IMG/VR virus record: IMGVR_UViG_3300026116_000052
Coordinates: 1 to 49,335 of that record
From: a virus
Strand: one strand, 5' to 3'
Length of the DNA stretch: 49,335 nucleotides
Made by a program: the position numbers and the translations under genes. Numbering within the stretch: position 1 is the stretch's first letter; every line of letters begins with the position of its first letter. Below, piece after piece: positions 23,882 to 30,189 of the stretch. The notes beneath the pieces were generated by a model. It was not told where the DNA came from. It made no database searches and worked only from the letters and a program-made list of their open reading frames with translations.

Positions 23882-24556
23882 TTACTCCGCCTCTTCGACC
23901 ACGCCCGCCGGCTCGTTGTCCTCGGCTTCGGTGGTCGCGGCGTCGCCGGCGGCTTCCTTCTTCTCCTTGGCCGCCTTGGCCTTCGCGGCCTTCTCGGCGG
24001 CGTTCTTCCGACGCTCGTCGGCCGCGGCGTTCTTCTGCTTCCACCACTCGAGACCCTTCTCGAGGGTGACGCAGTTCTCCCGCGAGGCGCCGACGGAGTC
24101 GGTGACGGTCTCGCCGGGGTACGGACGGTCCTTCGGGGCGTTCTTGATGTACGAGTACACCATCTGCGGCTTCAGCTCGGCGACCTCGCCCTCGCGGTTG
24201 CGGTAGAGGCCGCGCTCGTTGATCGCCTTGGTCAGGCCGATCGGGGTGACGTAGCCGTCGGGCAGCTCGCCGCGCTTCGGCTGGGCCTTCTCCTTCTTGG
24301 CCGCCTTCGGCTTGGCGTCCTCGCTCGCGTCGGTGCCGGCCGGCAGCTCCTCGACCTCGTCGTCGGCGTCCGGCTCGGTCGGCGTCTCGACGTCCAGGTC
24401 TTCCTGCACGGCGGCCTCGGCCGGGTTCTCACCCGCGAAGGCGTTGGGGTCGGCGTCGAGCGCGATCGTGTTGCCGTCGTATTCGGTGGCCTCGGTGTTG
24501 GTGTCGGTGCTCACGGTGTCCTCCTGGACGTTCTTCCTGCGGGATCGGCTGGGCAT
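23882..24556 (-). CDS. Acidic N-terminus / Lys-Ala-rich C-terminus protein with central HTH-like domain (paralogous to 28817-29101)
   Basis: First gene after a promoter. The central segment YVTPIGLTKAINE...LKPQMVYSYIKN...LEWWKQKN aligns with the 28817-29101 product. The tails are D/E-rich and AAKAKAAKEKK-like. Confidence 0.6.
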   Translation of the reverse strand: MPSRSRRKNVQEDTVSTDTNTEATEYDGNTIALDADPNAFAGENPAEAAVQEDLDVETPTEPDADDEVEELPAGTDASEDAKPKAAKKEKAQPKRGELPDGYVTPIGLTKAINERGLYRNREGEVAELKPQMVYSYIKNAPKDRPYPGETVTDSVGASRENCVTLEKGLEWWKQKNAAADERRKNAAEKAAKAKAAKEKKEAAGDAATTEAEDNEPAGVVEEAE

Positions 24557-24616
24557 GATTGCCTTCCGTTGTTGTGGGTGGGATGCTGTTGTGCTGCTGT
24601 CTTGCTTTCACCTCTA

Positions 24617-24646
24617 ATAATACAGCAAGCGCTGAGAGGTCCACAA
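24617..24646 (-). promoter_or_regulatory. sigma70/HrdB-type promoter (TTGTGG-N18-TATTAT)
   Basis: The minus strand reads cTTGTGGacctctcagcgcttgctgTATTATtagag. Confidence 0.55.
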
Positions 24647-24696
24647 GCCCCCTCTCGCAAGATCTTTTGGGAACTTTTATTGATGCGAGAGGGGGC
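24647..24696 (-). terminator. 13-bp-stem hairpin abutting the -35 of the next promoter
   Basis: GCCCCCTCTCGCA (24647-24659) / TGCGAGAGGGGGC (24684-24696), 18 nt after the stop at 24714. Confidence 0.6.
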
Positions 24697-24713
24697 TGTG
24701 TGTTACGGTTGTG

Positions 24714-25049
24714 CTATCGGTTGTGCGGACAGGTGCCGAAGCCCTTGCAGTGCGTGCAAGGCACGTTGGGATACTCCGGCCAGTGACCCGAACCACCGCA
24801 CTGCTGGCACTCGGTCATGTTGCCACAGACGATGCAGTCCATGTCATCGTCGCTGCTGGTGAAGATGGCAGACAGGAACGAGTCGAAGCCTGCAGGGTCC
24901 TTACCTGCCTTGATGTCCCCGACCGCGTCGTCCGTTGCTGACGCCGGGTCACCAAAGACCAACTTCGCCAGGTCCTCAACCGAAGGGTTGTCGGGATCCG
25001 GCCTGACCGGCTCGTCCTTGTCTTCTGACTTGTCGTCGTCCCCAGCCAT
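24714..25049 (-). CDS. Protein with DnaJ-type CXXCXGXG zinc-finger repeats
   Basis: Acidic N-terminal half, then CIVCGNMTECQQCGGSGH and CTHCKGFGTC. Confidence 0.6.
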   Translation of the reverse strand: MAGDDDKSEDKDEPVRPDPDNPSVEDLAKLVFGDPASATDDAVGDIKAGKDPAGFDSFLSAIFTSSDDDMDCIVCGNMTECQQCGGSGHWPEYPNVPCTHCKGFGTCPHNR

Positions 25050-25050
25050 G

Positions 25051-25551
25051 TCAGACTGCCTGAGCCCGACCAGCGACCGCAGCGATGGTGGTCTTCAGTT
25101 CCTCGAGAGCCGCCTGCACGGTGCTCACCGCCGCGGACACGTTGTTGGCCGCGCCTGCGATCTCCGCGTAGCCGGGCGACTGGTCGCCGATGGCGTTGCT
25201 GACGGCCTGCTTCAGGGTCTCCATCTGGCCGGCCAGTTCGGCTGCAGCTCCGGACGGGACACCTTCCGCGAGGCCGTTCAACTGTCCCGCGAGCTCCTGG
25301 GGTGTCATGCTTGGTGTTCCTTCCCGTTCGAGTTTCTTCCGACGTTTGTATTCGCGTGCACGTCGACGGTTCGCTTCGACGTACTTGGGGTCTTGTTTGT
25401 TTCGTTCGTATCGCTTCGGATAATTCTCCCGGTCACGAACACGAATGCATTCGCGACACGTGAGGCCACCGAACGCCGGGAACTCTTCCCGACTCTTGAC
25501 CGTGAAACAAACCTTACACTCCTTCTCACTGTACCCATGCTGCGTCCCCAT
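25051..25551 (-). CDS. Hypothetical protein: N-terminal zinc ribbon and basic region, Ala-rich helical C-terminus
   Basis: CKVC...CREC, a K/R-rich stretch, then AAELAGQMETLKQAV... Confidence 0.6.
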   Translation of the reverse strand: MGTQHGYSEKECKVCFTVKSREEFPAFGGLTCRECIRVRDRENYPKRYERNKQDPKYVEANRRRAREYKRRKKLEREGTPSMTPQELAGQLNGLAEGVPSGAAAELAGQMETLKQAVSNAIGDQSPGYAEIAGAANNVSAAVSTVQAALEELKTTIAAVAGRAQAV

Positions 25552-25593
25552 GCAGCAGTATGCTCCTTTCAGGTAGGGGTGGAGTGTTGCTGA

Positions 25594-25696
25594 GTGGGGC
25601 GACCTGGCTCGAACAGGCTCGTAGGTCCTAACCTAGGGCTCCTGCTGACAGTCCCGTTTTAACCTGTCAGCTTCTTCCCTACTTCCTAGCGCCCCA
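25594..25696 (-). ncRNA. tRNA-like structure: 7-bp acceptor stem plus canonical T-arm, about 30 nt too long and lacking a D arm
   Basis: On the minus strand, TGGGGCG (25696-25690) pairs with CGCCCCA (25601-25595). The T-arm GCCTG-TTCGAGC-CAGGT directly abuts the 3' acceptor strand with G53:C61. Internally there are 8-bp and 4-bp hairpins. Confidence 0.35.
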
Positions 25697-25699
25697 TGA

Positions 25700-25723
25700 C
25701 CCGCCTAGAGCCACCTAGGCGGG
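25700..25723 (-). terminator. Hairpin in the 236-nt gap downstream of gene 25788-26012
   Basis: 9-bp stem CCCGCCTAG / CTAGGCGGG with a 6-nt loop. A second 7-bp hairpin lies at 25742-25772. Confidence 0.45.
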
Positions 25724-25787
25724 CGGTGTGTATTGTCATCGCGTAGACGAAGTTGGTGTGTGACGGTCTACGTCACTCGAGTTCCCT

Positions 25788-26012
25788 TCACAGGGCGATC
25801 ACCTCCTCTCGAGGCTTCGGCTCGATGCCCAATGAGGCACAAGCCTTCTGGTAGGCGGTCTCGGTGTCGAAGAGGATCCTGTTGCACCTGCGGTGCATGT
25901 CCTGGGAGAGGAGACTGAACTGCGTGGTGCAGACCAACGCACCCCGGTACCTCACCGTACGCTTCGGCAGCGCAGGACGGTCCTTGGCTGGGACGGTGTA
26001 GTTCTTCTTCAT
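25788..26012 (-). CDS. Hypothetical 74-aa protein
   Basis: ATG 26012 is in an ATGA overlap with the upstream stop. Confidence 0.5.
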   Translation of the reverse strand: MKKNYTVPAKDRPALPKRTVRYRGALVCTTQFSLLSQDMHRRCNRILFDTETAYQKACASLGIEPKPREEVIAL

Positions 26013-26380
26013 CAGAGAACCTTCACCGCGTCGCTCACCGCGCTGGTCAGGTGCTTGACCATCTCCTTCGGCGGCAGACCGTCGGCACGCATCTGGCTGA
26101 TCGACTCCGTGAAGGCCGCGAAGCCTTCCGGCGTCATCGTGTGCACCGCCACCGTCTGCAGACCGGCAACGATGGTGCTGAAGGTAACGAAGTCCATCTC
26201 GGAGTCCTCTTCCGTGTTGTAGTCGGAGATGTGGTGCTGTGCTGTGCCGAGAGCCATCTGGAGGGCCACCGACAGTGTCACTCGACGGCCCAGCTTGGCC
26301 TGCACGTCGAGATTCCACTTGAGGAGTGCCTGTGCAGCTTCCTCCTTCACAGTCACCACCGTGTAGCCCTTCGGTGGCAT
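26012..26380 (-). CDS. Hypothetical protein
   Basis: 122-aa ORF. Confidence 0.6.
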   Translation of the reverse strand: MPPKGYTVVTVKEEAAQALLKWNLDVQAKLGRRVTLSVALQMALGTAQHHISDYNTEEDSEMDFVTFSTIVAGLQTVAVHTMTPEGFAAFTESISQMRADGLPPKEMVKHLTSAVSDAVKVL

Positions 26381-26381
26381 G

Positions 26382-26705
26382 TTACCGCTCCTCCATCCAC
26401 TCGGTGGGGCTCTCGTAGCCTTGTGCGTCGTTCAGGTACTGCTCTTCGATGTACGAACCGTCACGCAGTTGCTTGGCCCGTAGTGACTCTTCCCTCGAAG
26501 GGATCTTGAAGTTCGGGTGCTGTTGCAATGGGGCTGCAATCCACTTGCCTGCCGCTAGCAGGATCGGGATTCCCAGCGGTGCACCAATGATGGTGCAGGT
26601 GAGAGCAATGCCCACGGCTCCAACGGGCGTCATGACGATCGCACGACCGAAGAGCCGCAGGCAACTGCCTGTTGCGTTGACGTTGGGTGCGTCAGACATC
26701 CGCAC
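26382..26705 (-). CDS. Membrane protein (2 TM)
   Basis: Hydrophobic AIVMTPVGAVGIALTCTIIGAPLGIPILLAAGKWIAAPL. ATG 26699 is an alternative start. Confidence 0.55.
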   Translation of the reverse strand: MRMSDAPNVNATGSCLRLFGRAIVMTPVGAVGIALTCTIIGAPLGIPILLAAGKWIAAPLQQHPNFKIPSREESLRAKQLRDGSYIEEQYLNDAQGYESPTEWMEER

Positions 26706-27027
26706 CGGTTTCGCTCTGCGCCATCTTGAAGTGCATGAGCGCCTCGTTGCAGCTGGTCACCAGCTCCGCAGCCAGTGCCACCTCCTCGTGGTGACCCGGC
26801 TTCCGGTTGCTCATGCGGCGTGCCTCGGTGTTGGTGGTGTGCAGCAGCTCCATGAGCTTGTCCTCGCACTCCTGTGCGTACTCCTCGAGCGCGTACCGCA
26901 TCGTCGTCCACGCCTCCTGCGTGGCGTTCTCGACGAAGTGCTGCACGAAGTTCTCGAAGCGAGTGCGTGCGTCCTCGTCGTCGTGGTTGATACGGAACAG
27001 CTGCTCGGTAACCTTCTCGATTCCCAT
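26692..27027 (-). CDS. Hypothetical acidic helical protein (first gene of a transcription unit)
   Basis: 111 aa. The promoter is about 90 nt upstream. Confidence 0.6.
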   Translation of the reverse strand: MGIEKVTEQLFRINHDDEDARTRFENFVQHFVENATQEAWTTMRYALEEYAQECEDKLMELLHTTNTEARRMSNRKPGHHEEVALAAELVTSCNEALMHFKMAQSETGADV

Positions 27028-27118
27028 TTCAGTGCCCTCTTCTGTAGGCAGACTGGTGGTATGTAATTGTGGTTGTTGCCTTGTTTAGGTGTTGCTGTAT
27101 GTAATTGTTTTTCTTTTT

Positions 27119-27148
27119 ATTCTACAGCAGGTCGCGAGAACCTTTCAA
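27119..27148 (-). promoter_or_regulatory. sigma70/HrdB-type promoter (TTGAAA-N18-TAGAAT)
   Basis: The minus strand reads cTTGAAAggttctcgcgacctgctgTAGAATaaaaag. Confidence 0.6.
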
Positions 27149-27288
27149 GCCCTTTTAGCGACCCACTTTGAAGGTGTGCTAGCTGTGTTGCTTTGTGTTG
27201 CTTTAGCCGTCACACGGTCAAGGAGGCACACAGCACCACACGCCCTGTGTTGTGTGCAACCTTCACCTTGTTCGGTGAGTGGATTGGG

Positions 27289-27462
27289 TTAGTCGAGCAC
27301 GTAGCCGACCGACACCCGCTCGCTGGGGGCCACGTTTACGTAGTCAGCCACCCAGTACTCGTACTCTCTGTTCGCGAGCACGTTGGTGAGGTCGTTCTCG
27401 TAGGCCCAACGTGCCTGCTGGTGCAGGGTGTTGTGGAGGTATGTGGCAGCAGGTGCGTCCAT
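27289..27462 (-). CDS. Hypothetical 57-aa protein (below the ORF-track size cut-off)
   Basis: ATG 27462 lies 8 nt after AAGGAG. The product is MDAPAATYLHNTLHQQARWAYEND... with high third-position GC. Confidence 0.5.
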   Translation of the reverse strand: MDAPAATYLHNTLHQQARWAYENDLTNVLANREYEYWVADYVNVAPSERVSVGYVLD

Positions 27463-27489
27463 CTGAAGGGCTCCTTGGTCTTGTTCGAG

Positions 27490-27735
27490 TCAGCGCATTG
27501 AGGTGGCGGTCAGGTGGCGTCCTTTGACACAGCGCTCACCACGGGCACACATGCGAGCAGCCGGTTCCGTCTGGTGCTTGCAGGCCACCTCGTTGGTGGT
27601 GCGGTGGAGGACCAACCACGGTCCGAGGATGTTCGGGTTCTTGGTGCTGGGTTGGATCGGAACTGCCTTGTAAGGGCTGGGCAGGTAGTGCTCCTGGTAG
27701 TCGCCGCCCCAGTGCAGTGACAGTGTGTGCGACAT
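27490..27735 (-). CDS. Hypothetical protein (first gene after promoter 27852-27881)
   Basis: 81 aa with good third-position GC. The RBS is weak. Confidence 0.5.
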   Translation of the reverse strand: MSHTLSLHWGGDYQEHYLPSPYKAVPIQPSTKNPNILGPWLVLHRTTNEVACKHQTEPAARMCARGERCVKGRHLTATSMR

Positions 27736-27851
27736 CGTTGTCGGCTTTCTGTTGGTGGGTTTCGTATACGCTTGTGTCTACTTTTCGGTCCGTGCTTGCC
27801 CATACATAGAACACTACAATACAACCAGCACCACCTTGCGGTGTTGATTCT

Positions 27852-27881
27852 ATTATAGAGTAGTACCTACGGGTAAGTCAA
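27852..27881 (-). promoter_or_regulatory. sigma70/HrdB-type promoter (TTGACT-N18-TATAAT)
   Basis: The minus strand reads gTTGACTtacccgtaggtactactcTATAATAGAatc. This is the best match to consensus in the window. Confidence 0.7.
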
Positions 27882-28282
27882 CGGGACTAGACGATTCGTT
27901 ACCAACATGTAACACTATGGTAATGTAACAACCGTCCATAAGAGTCTATATAAGTGACGATAGGTCTATAGACCGCGCTTGTTATATACTGGTAACAACC
28001 TGATTGGCGTAGTGACCTAGGTCGCTATGTGTTACCGTGTATAGGGTAGAGTCATGTTACAGGTATATAGTAGAAGTGTTTAAGGTGTCTCATAGAGATT
28101 TTATAGTCATAGGTAAGGCTCGCGTTGACCTTTACTTTTACAAGGTAACATGGAGCGCAAACGATCCGGATAGGAATGTCTAACCTGTCTCTTTGAGGTA
28201 TTAGTATATGTATTATGTATTATATGTTATATATAGTTATATTGTTACTGAAACGTCACCTCTTTTTTTCTATAGAGCCTCA
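27882..28282. repeat. AT-rich non-coding island with GTAAC-core iterons and an A/T unwinding-type tract (origin-like or regulatory)
   Basis: GTAACA/TGTTAC occurs at 27909, 27925, 27992, 28030, 28055, 28145 and 28243, plus extra GTAAC/GTTAC cores at 27898, 28337 and 28356. The tract tatgtattatgtattatatgttatatatagttatatt lies at about 28207-28243. No ORF is present. Confidence 0.5.
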
Positions 28283-28318
28283 AAGCCTCAATGATACCAT
28301 ATTATCCCATTGAGGCTT
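28283..28318 (-). terminator. 11-bp-stem hairpin downstream of gene 28357-28704
   Basis: AAGCCTCAATG / CATTGAGGCTT with a 14-nt loop, 39 nt after the stop. Confidence 0.5.
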
Positions 28319-28356
28319 GATCCTTTAGGTGAGCTTGTAACCTACGTGTCGACGCG

Positions 28357-28704
28357 TTACCGAAGGTCGATGACCTCAGAGGTGTCGAGCTCCGCGTCAG
28401 GGTAGAAGAAGAAGTGGGATGCAGGTTCGGGGTTCCAAGTGGTCGGAGGAGGCACATCAGGGAACTCGTTGAAGGGTGTACCTGTGGGTGTCGGTGAGGG
28501 GACCGTGGTTGGGGTACGGTGGTTGTACACATCCTCGTAGCAGTGCTTGGCATCGTGGTACGCGTCCATGCATACCTTGTACTGCTTGTCCGAGTCGGGT
28601 GCCGTCGCGTCGCTGATGGTTCCGTAGATGGAGATTACGGCCACCGCCGTACCGACTGACGCCCAGATGCGCCCTTTACGAGTGGCCGGAAGTTTGATCT
28701 TCAT
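28357..28704 (-). CDS. Secreted or membrane-anchored protein with Pro/Thr-rich linker
   Basis: N-terminal MKIKLPATRKGRIWASVGTAVAVISIYG signal-anchor. TPTTVPSPTPTGTP linker. The RBS-to-ATG spacing is long (12 nt). Confidence 0.55.
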   Translation of the reverse strand: MKIKLPATRKGRIWASVGTAVAVISIYGTISDATAPDSDKQYKVCMDAYHDAKHCYEDVYNHRTPTTVPSPTPTGTPFNEFPDVPPPTTWNPEPASHFFFYPDAELDTSEVIDLR

Positions 28705-28816
28705 GAGATGTCTAGACCTCCTTGTCTGTGTAGGTGGGTATACTTGCAGGTAGGGGTAGGGTACTCTACCACCTTGAGAGGGTGGTGGTACCCTACCCAA
28801 CCAACCAGTACACCTA

Positions 28817-29101
28817 CTACTTGATGTTGTTCTTCTTGCAGTACTTCACGAACCACTCAACGAGATCGGAGTGCTTGACGAACTTCTTGTTGTTCTCGAG
28901 GTAGGAGGGGATCATGTTCTTCTTCGTGTAGGTGTAGAACATCTGAGGAGGGAGAACCTTGTCGACCCCCATCTTGACGAACTCTTCGTTGATCACCTTC
29001 GCGCACTGATAGGGGGAGTAGGACTCCTCCGAGATGGGAACCTCCACCTCGAAAAGCTGGGTCTGGTTGGGGTCGATCTGGATGTTGGTCTGCTCGGACA
29101 T
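28817..29101 (-). CDS. Lys-rich HTH-like protein, lower-GC gene, paralogous to the core of 23882-24556
   Basis: ATG 29101 lies 6 nt after GAAGGGA. YSPYQCAKVINEE...LPPQMFYTYTKKN...LVEWFVKYCKKN aligns with the 23882-24556 product. Confidence 0.55.
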   Translation of the reverse strand: MSEQTNIQIDPNQTQLFEVEVPISEESYSPYQCAKVINEEFVKMGVDKVLPPQMFYTYTKKNMIPSYLENNKKFVKHSDLVEWFVKYCKKNNIK

Positions 29102-29198
29102 GATGCATCCCTTCATGTAGGGCTCAACTTGAACTCGTACTGATTCGGTACGAGGAGGGCTATACATATACTGGTTAGGTAGATGTATATCCTTCTTC

Positions 29199-29219
29199 GT
29201 ATCGAAGTAGCTTCGATAC
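29199..29219 (-). terminator. Hairpin downstream of gene 29233-29421
   Basis: 9-bp stem GTATCGAAG / CTTCGATAC with a 3-nt loop. Confidence 0.45.
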
Positions 29220-29232
29220 TGAGAGGATGTTG

Positions 29233-29421
29233 TTAGGAGTTACACTCACATTTGTTAGTAGCGCTACGTACAATGTAGCATGCGGGACACAATTTGGTGA
29301 GATTGGTTTGGCGCTTAATTGGTTTGCGATTGAAGGGGTGAGTAGGGTTGCTTGTGTTGTTGTGATACTCTCCCTTTTGATTGTATCGAAACTCTTGAAA
29401 GTTTGAGTGTGTGAGTGACAT
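29233..29421 (-). CDS. Hypothetical 62-aa protein in a low-GC segment; first gene of the left arm
   Basis: ATG 29421 lies 7 nt after AGGAG. Composition is clearly more AT-rich than the rest of the genome. C-terminal CPAC...CEC. Confidence 0.45.
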   Translation of the reverse strand: MSLTHSNFQEFRYNQKGEYHNNTSNPTHPFNRKPIKRQTNLTKLCPACYIVRSATNKCECNS

Positions 29422-29651
29422 AATATATCTCCTATATTTTTGTGAGATGTGTGGTATGTAATATTATGTGTAGTTGTGTAGTATGTTGATTATTGAGTTG
29501 TTATAAAATTGTGAGTTGATGTTGTGTTGTTTTTTTTTTTATTTTTTGTTTGTAACTATATTATATCGCATAACGCAAGATCCATACAAGACCCGTGGGG
29601 TACCATTGGAGCAAGGAGTAAAAGCATGTGTTACTGTAAGTCACCATGTTC

Positions 29652-29679
29652 TTGTGTGACACCTGTTGTACCATATAAT
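29652..29679 (+). promoter_or_regulatory. Candidate late-operon promoter (TTGTGT-N16-TATAAT)
   Basis: Read on the plus strand, 29 nt upstream of ATG 29709. Followed by AAGGAGACGAAGGAGG. Confidence 0.4.
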
Positions 29680-29708
29680 ATACAAGGAGACGAAGGAGGT
29701 GCCTCAGC

Positions 29709-30089
29709 ATGGCAGACCGTGATGGGTGGGTCAGCGACGACGACCTGAGCGAAGCCACTCAGCTCGCCAGGTCAGTCTACGGCGCCAACGCCTCCAGCAC
29801 CTCAGGCATCAGCGCCACGTTTGCAAAAGCACAGGCGTCGAAGATCTTCGAAGAGAATGCTGCGACAGCCGCCACCACGCTCGTCACGCTCGCCAAGTCT
29901 GCGCAGAATGAGTCCGTGCGGCTGAAGGCGGCCGAGTCGATTCTCAACCGCGCTCTTGGCACGCCTGTCTCGGCCGACAAGCTCGGAGACCAGACAGGGC
30001 AGCTGGACAAGCTGTTCGAGGCGCTGGGCGACAGCGAGGACACAAACCAGCCTGACTACTCGACGGCAGAGGGCCCGTCCACTGACTGA
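29709..30089 (+). CDS. Terminase small subunit-like protein
   Basis: First gene of the structural arm, immediately upstream of terL. 126 aa. ESVRLKAAESILNRALG resembles a helical motif common in small terminases. Confidence 0.45.
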   Translation: MADRDGWVSDDDLSEATQLARSVYGANASSTSGISATFAKAQASKIFEENAATAATTLVTLAKSAQNESVRLKAAESILNRALGTPVSADKLGDQTGQLDKLFEALGDSEDTNQPDYSTAEGPSTD

Positions 30090-30110
30090 CTGACTGACTG
30101 ACTGACTGAC
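30081..30110 (+). repeat. Tetranucleotide microsatellite (ACTG) x 7.5
   Basis: Read directly: actgactgactgactgactgactgactgac. It contains the terS-like stop codon (30087-30089) and provides TGA in all three frames. Confidence 0.95.
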
Positions 30111-30120
30111 AGACAAGCTA

Positions 30121-30152
30121 CTGTAACTGCCAAACGTTAGAGTACGTTACAG
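30121..30152. promoter_or_regulatory. Inverted repeat CTGTAAC-N18-GTTACAG in the terS-terL gap
   Basis: 7-bp arms at 30121-30127 and 30146-30152. The GTAAC core is the same as in the iterons of the 27.9-28.3 kb island. Confidence 0.35.
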
Positions 30153-30189
30153 CAACAGAGGGCGTGTGGTATTCGGAAGGCGGTAGACC

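Noticed and set aside
25552-25640. A promoter for gene 25051-25551 analogous to the seven consensus promoters
   Set aside because: No TTGnnn-N17/18-TAnnnT match is found on the minus strand in this gap. The gene is probably co-transcribed through, or processed at, the tRNA-like element.
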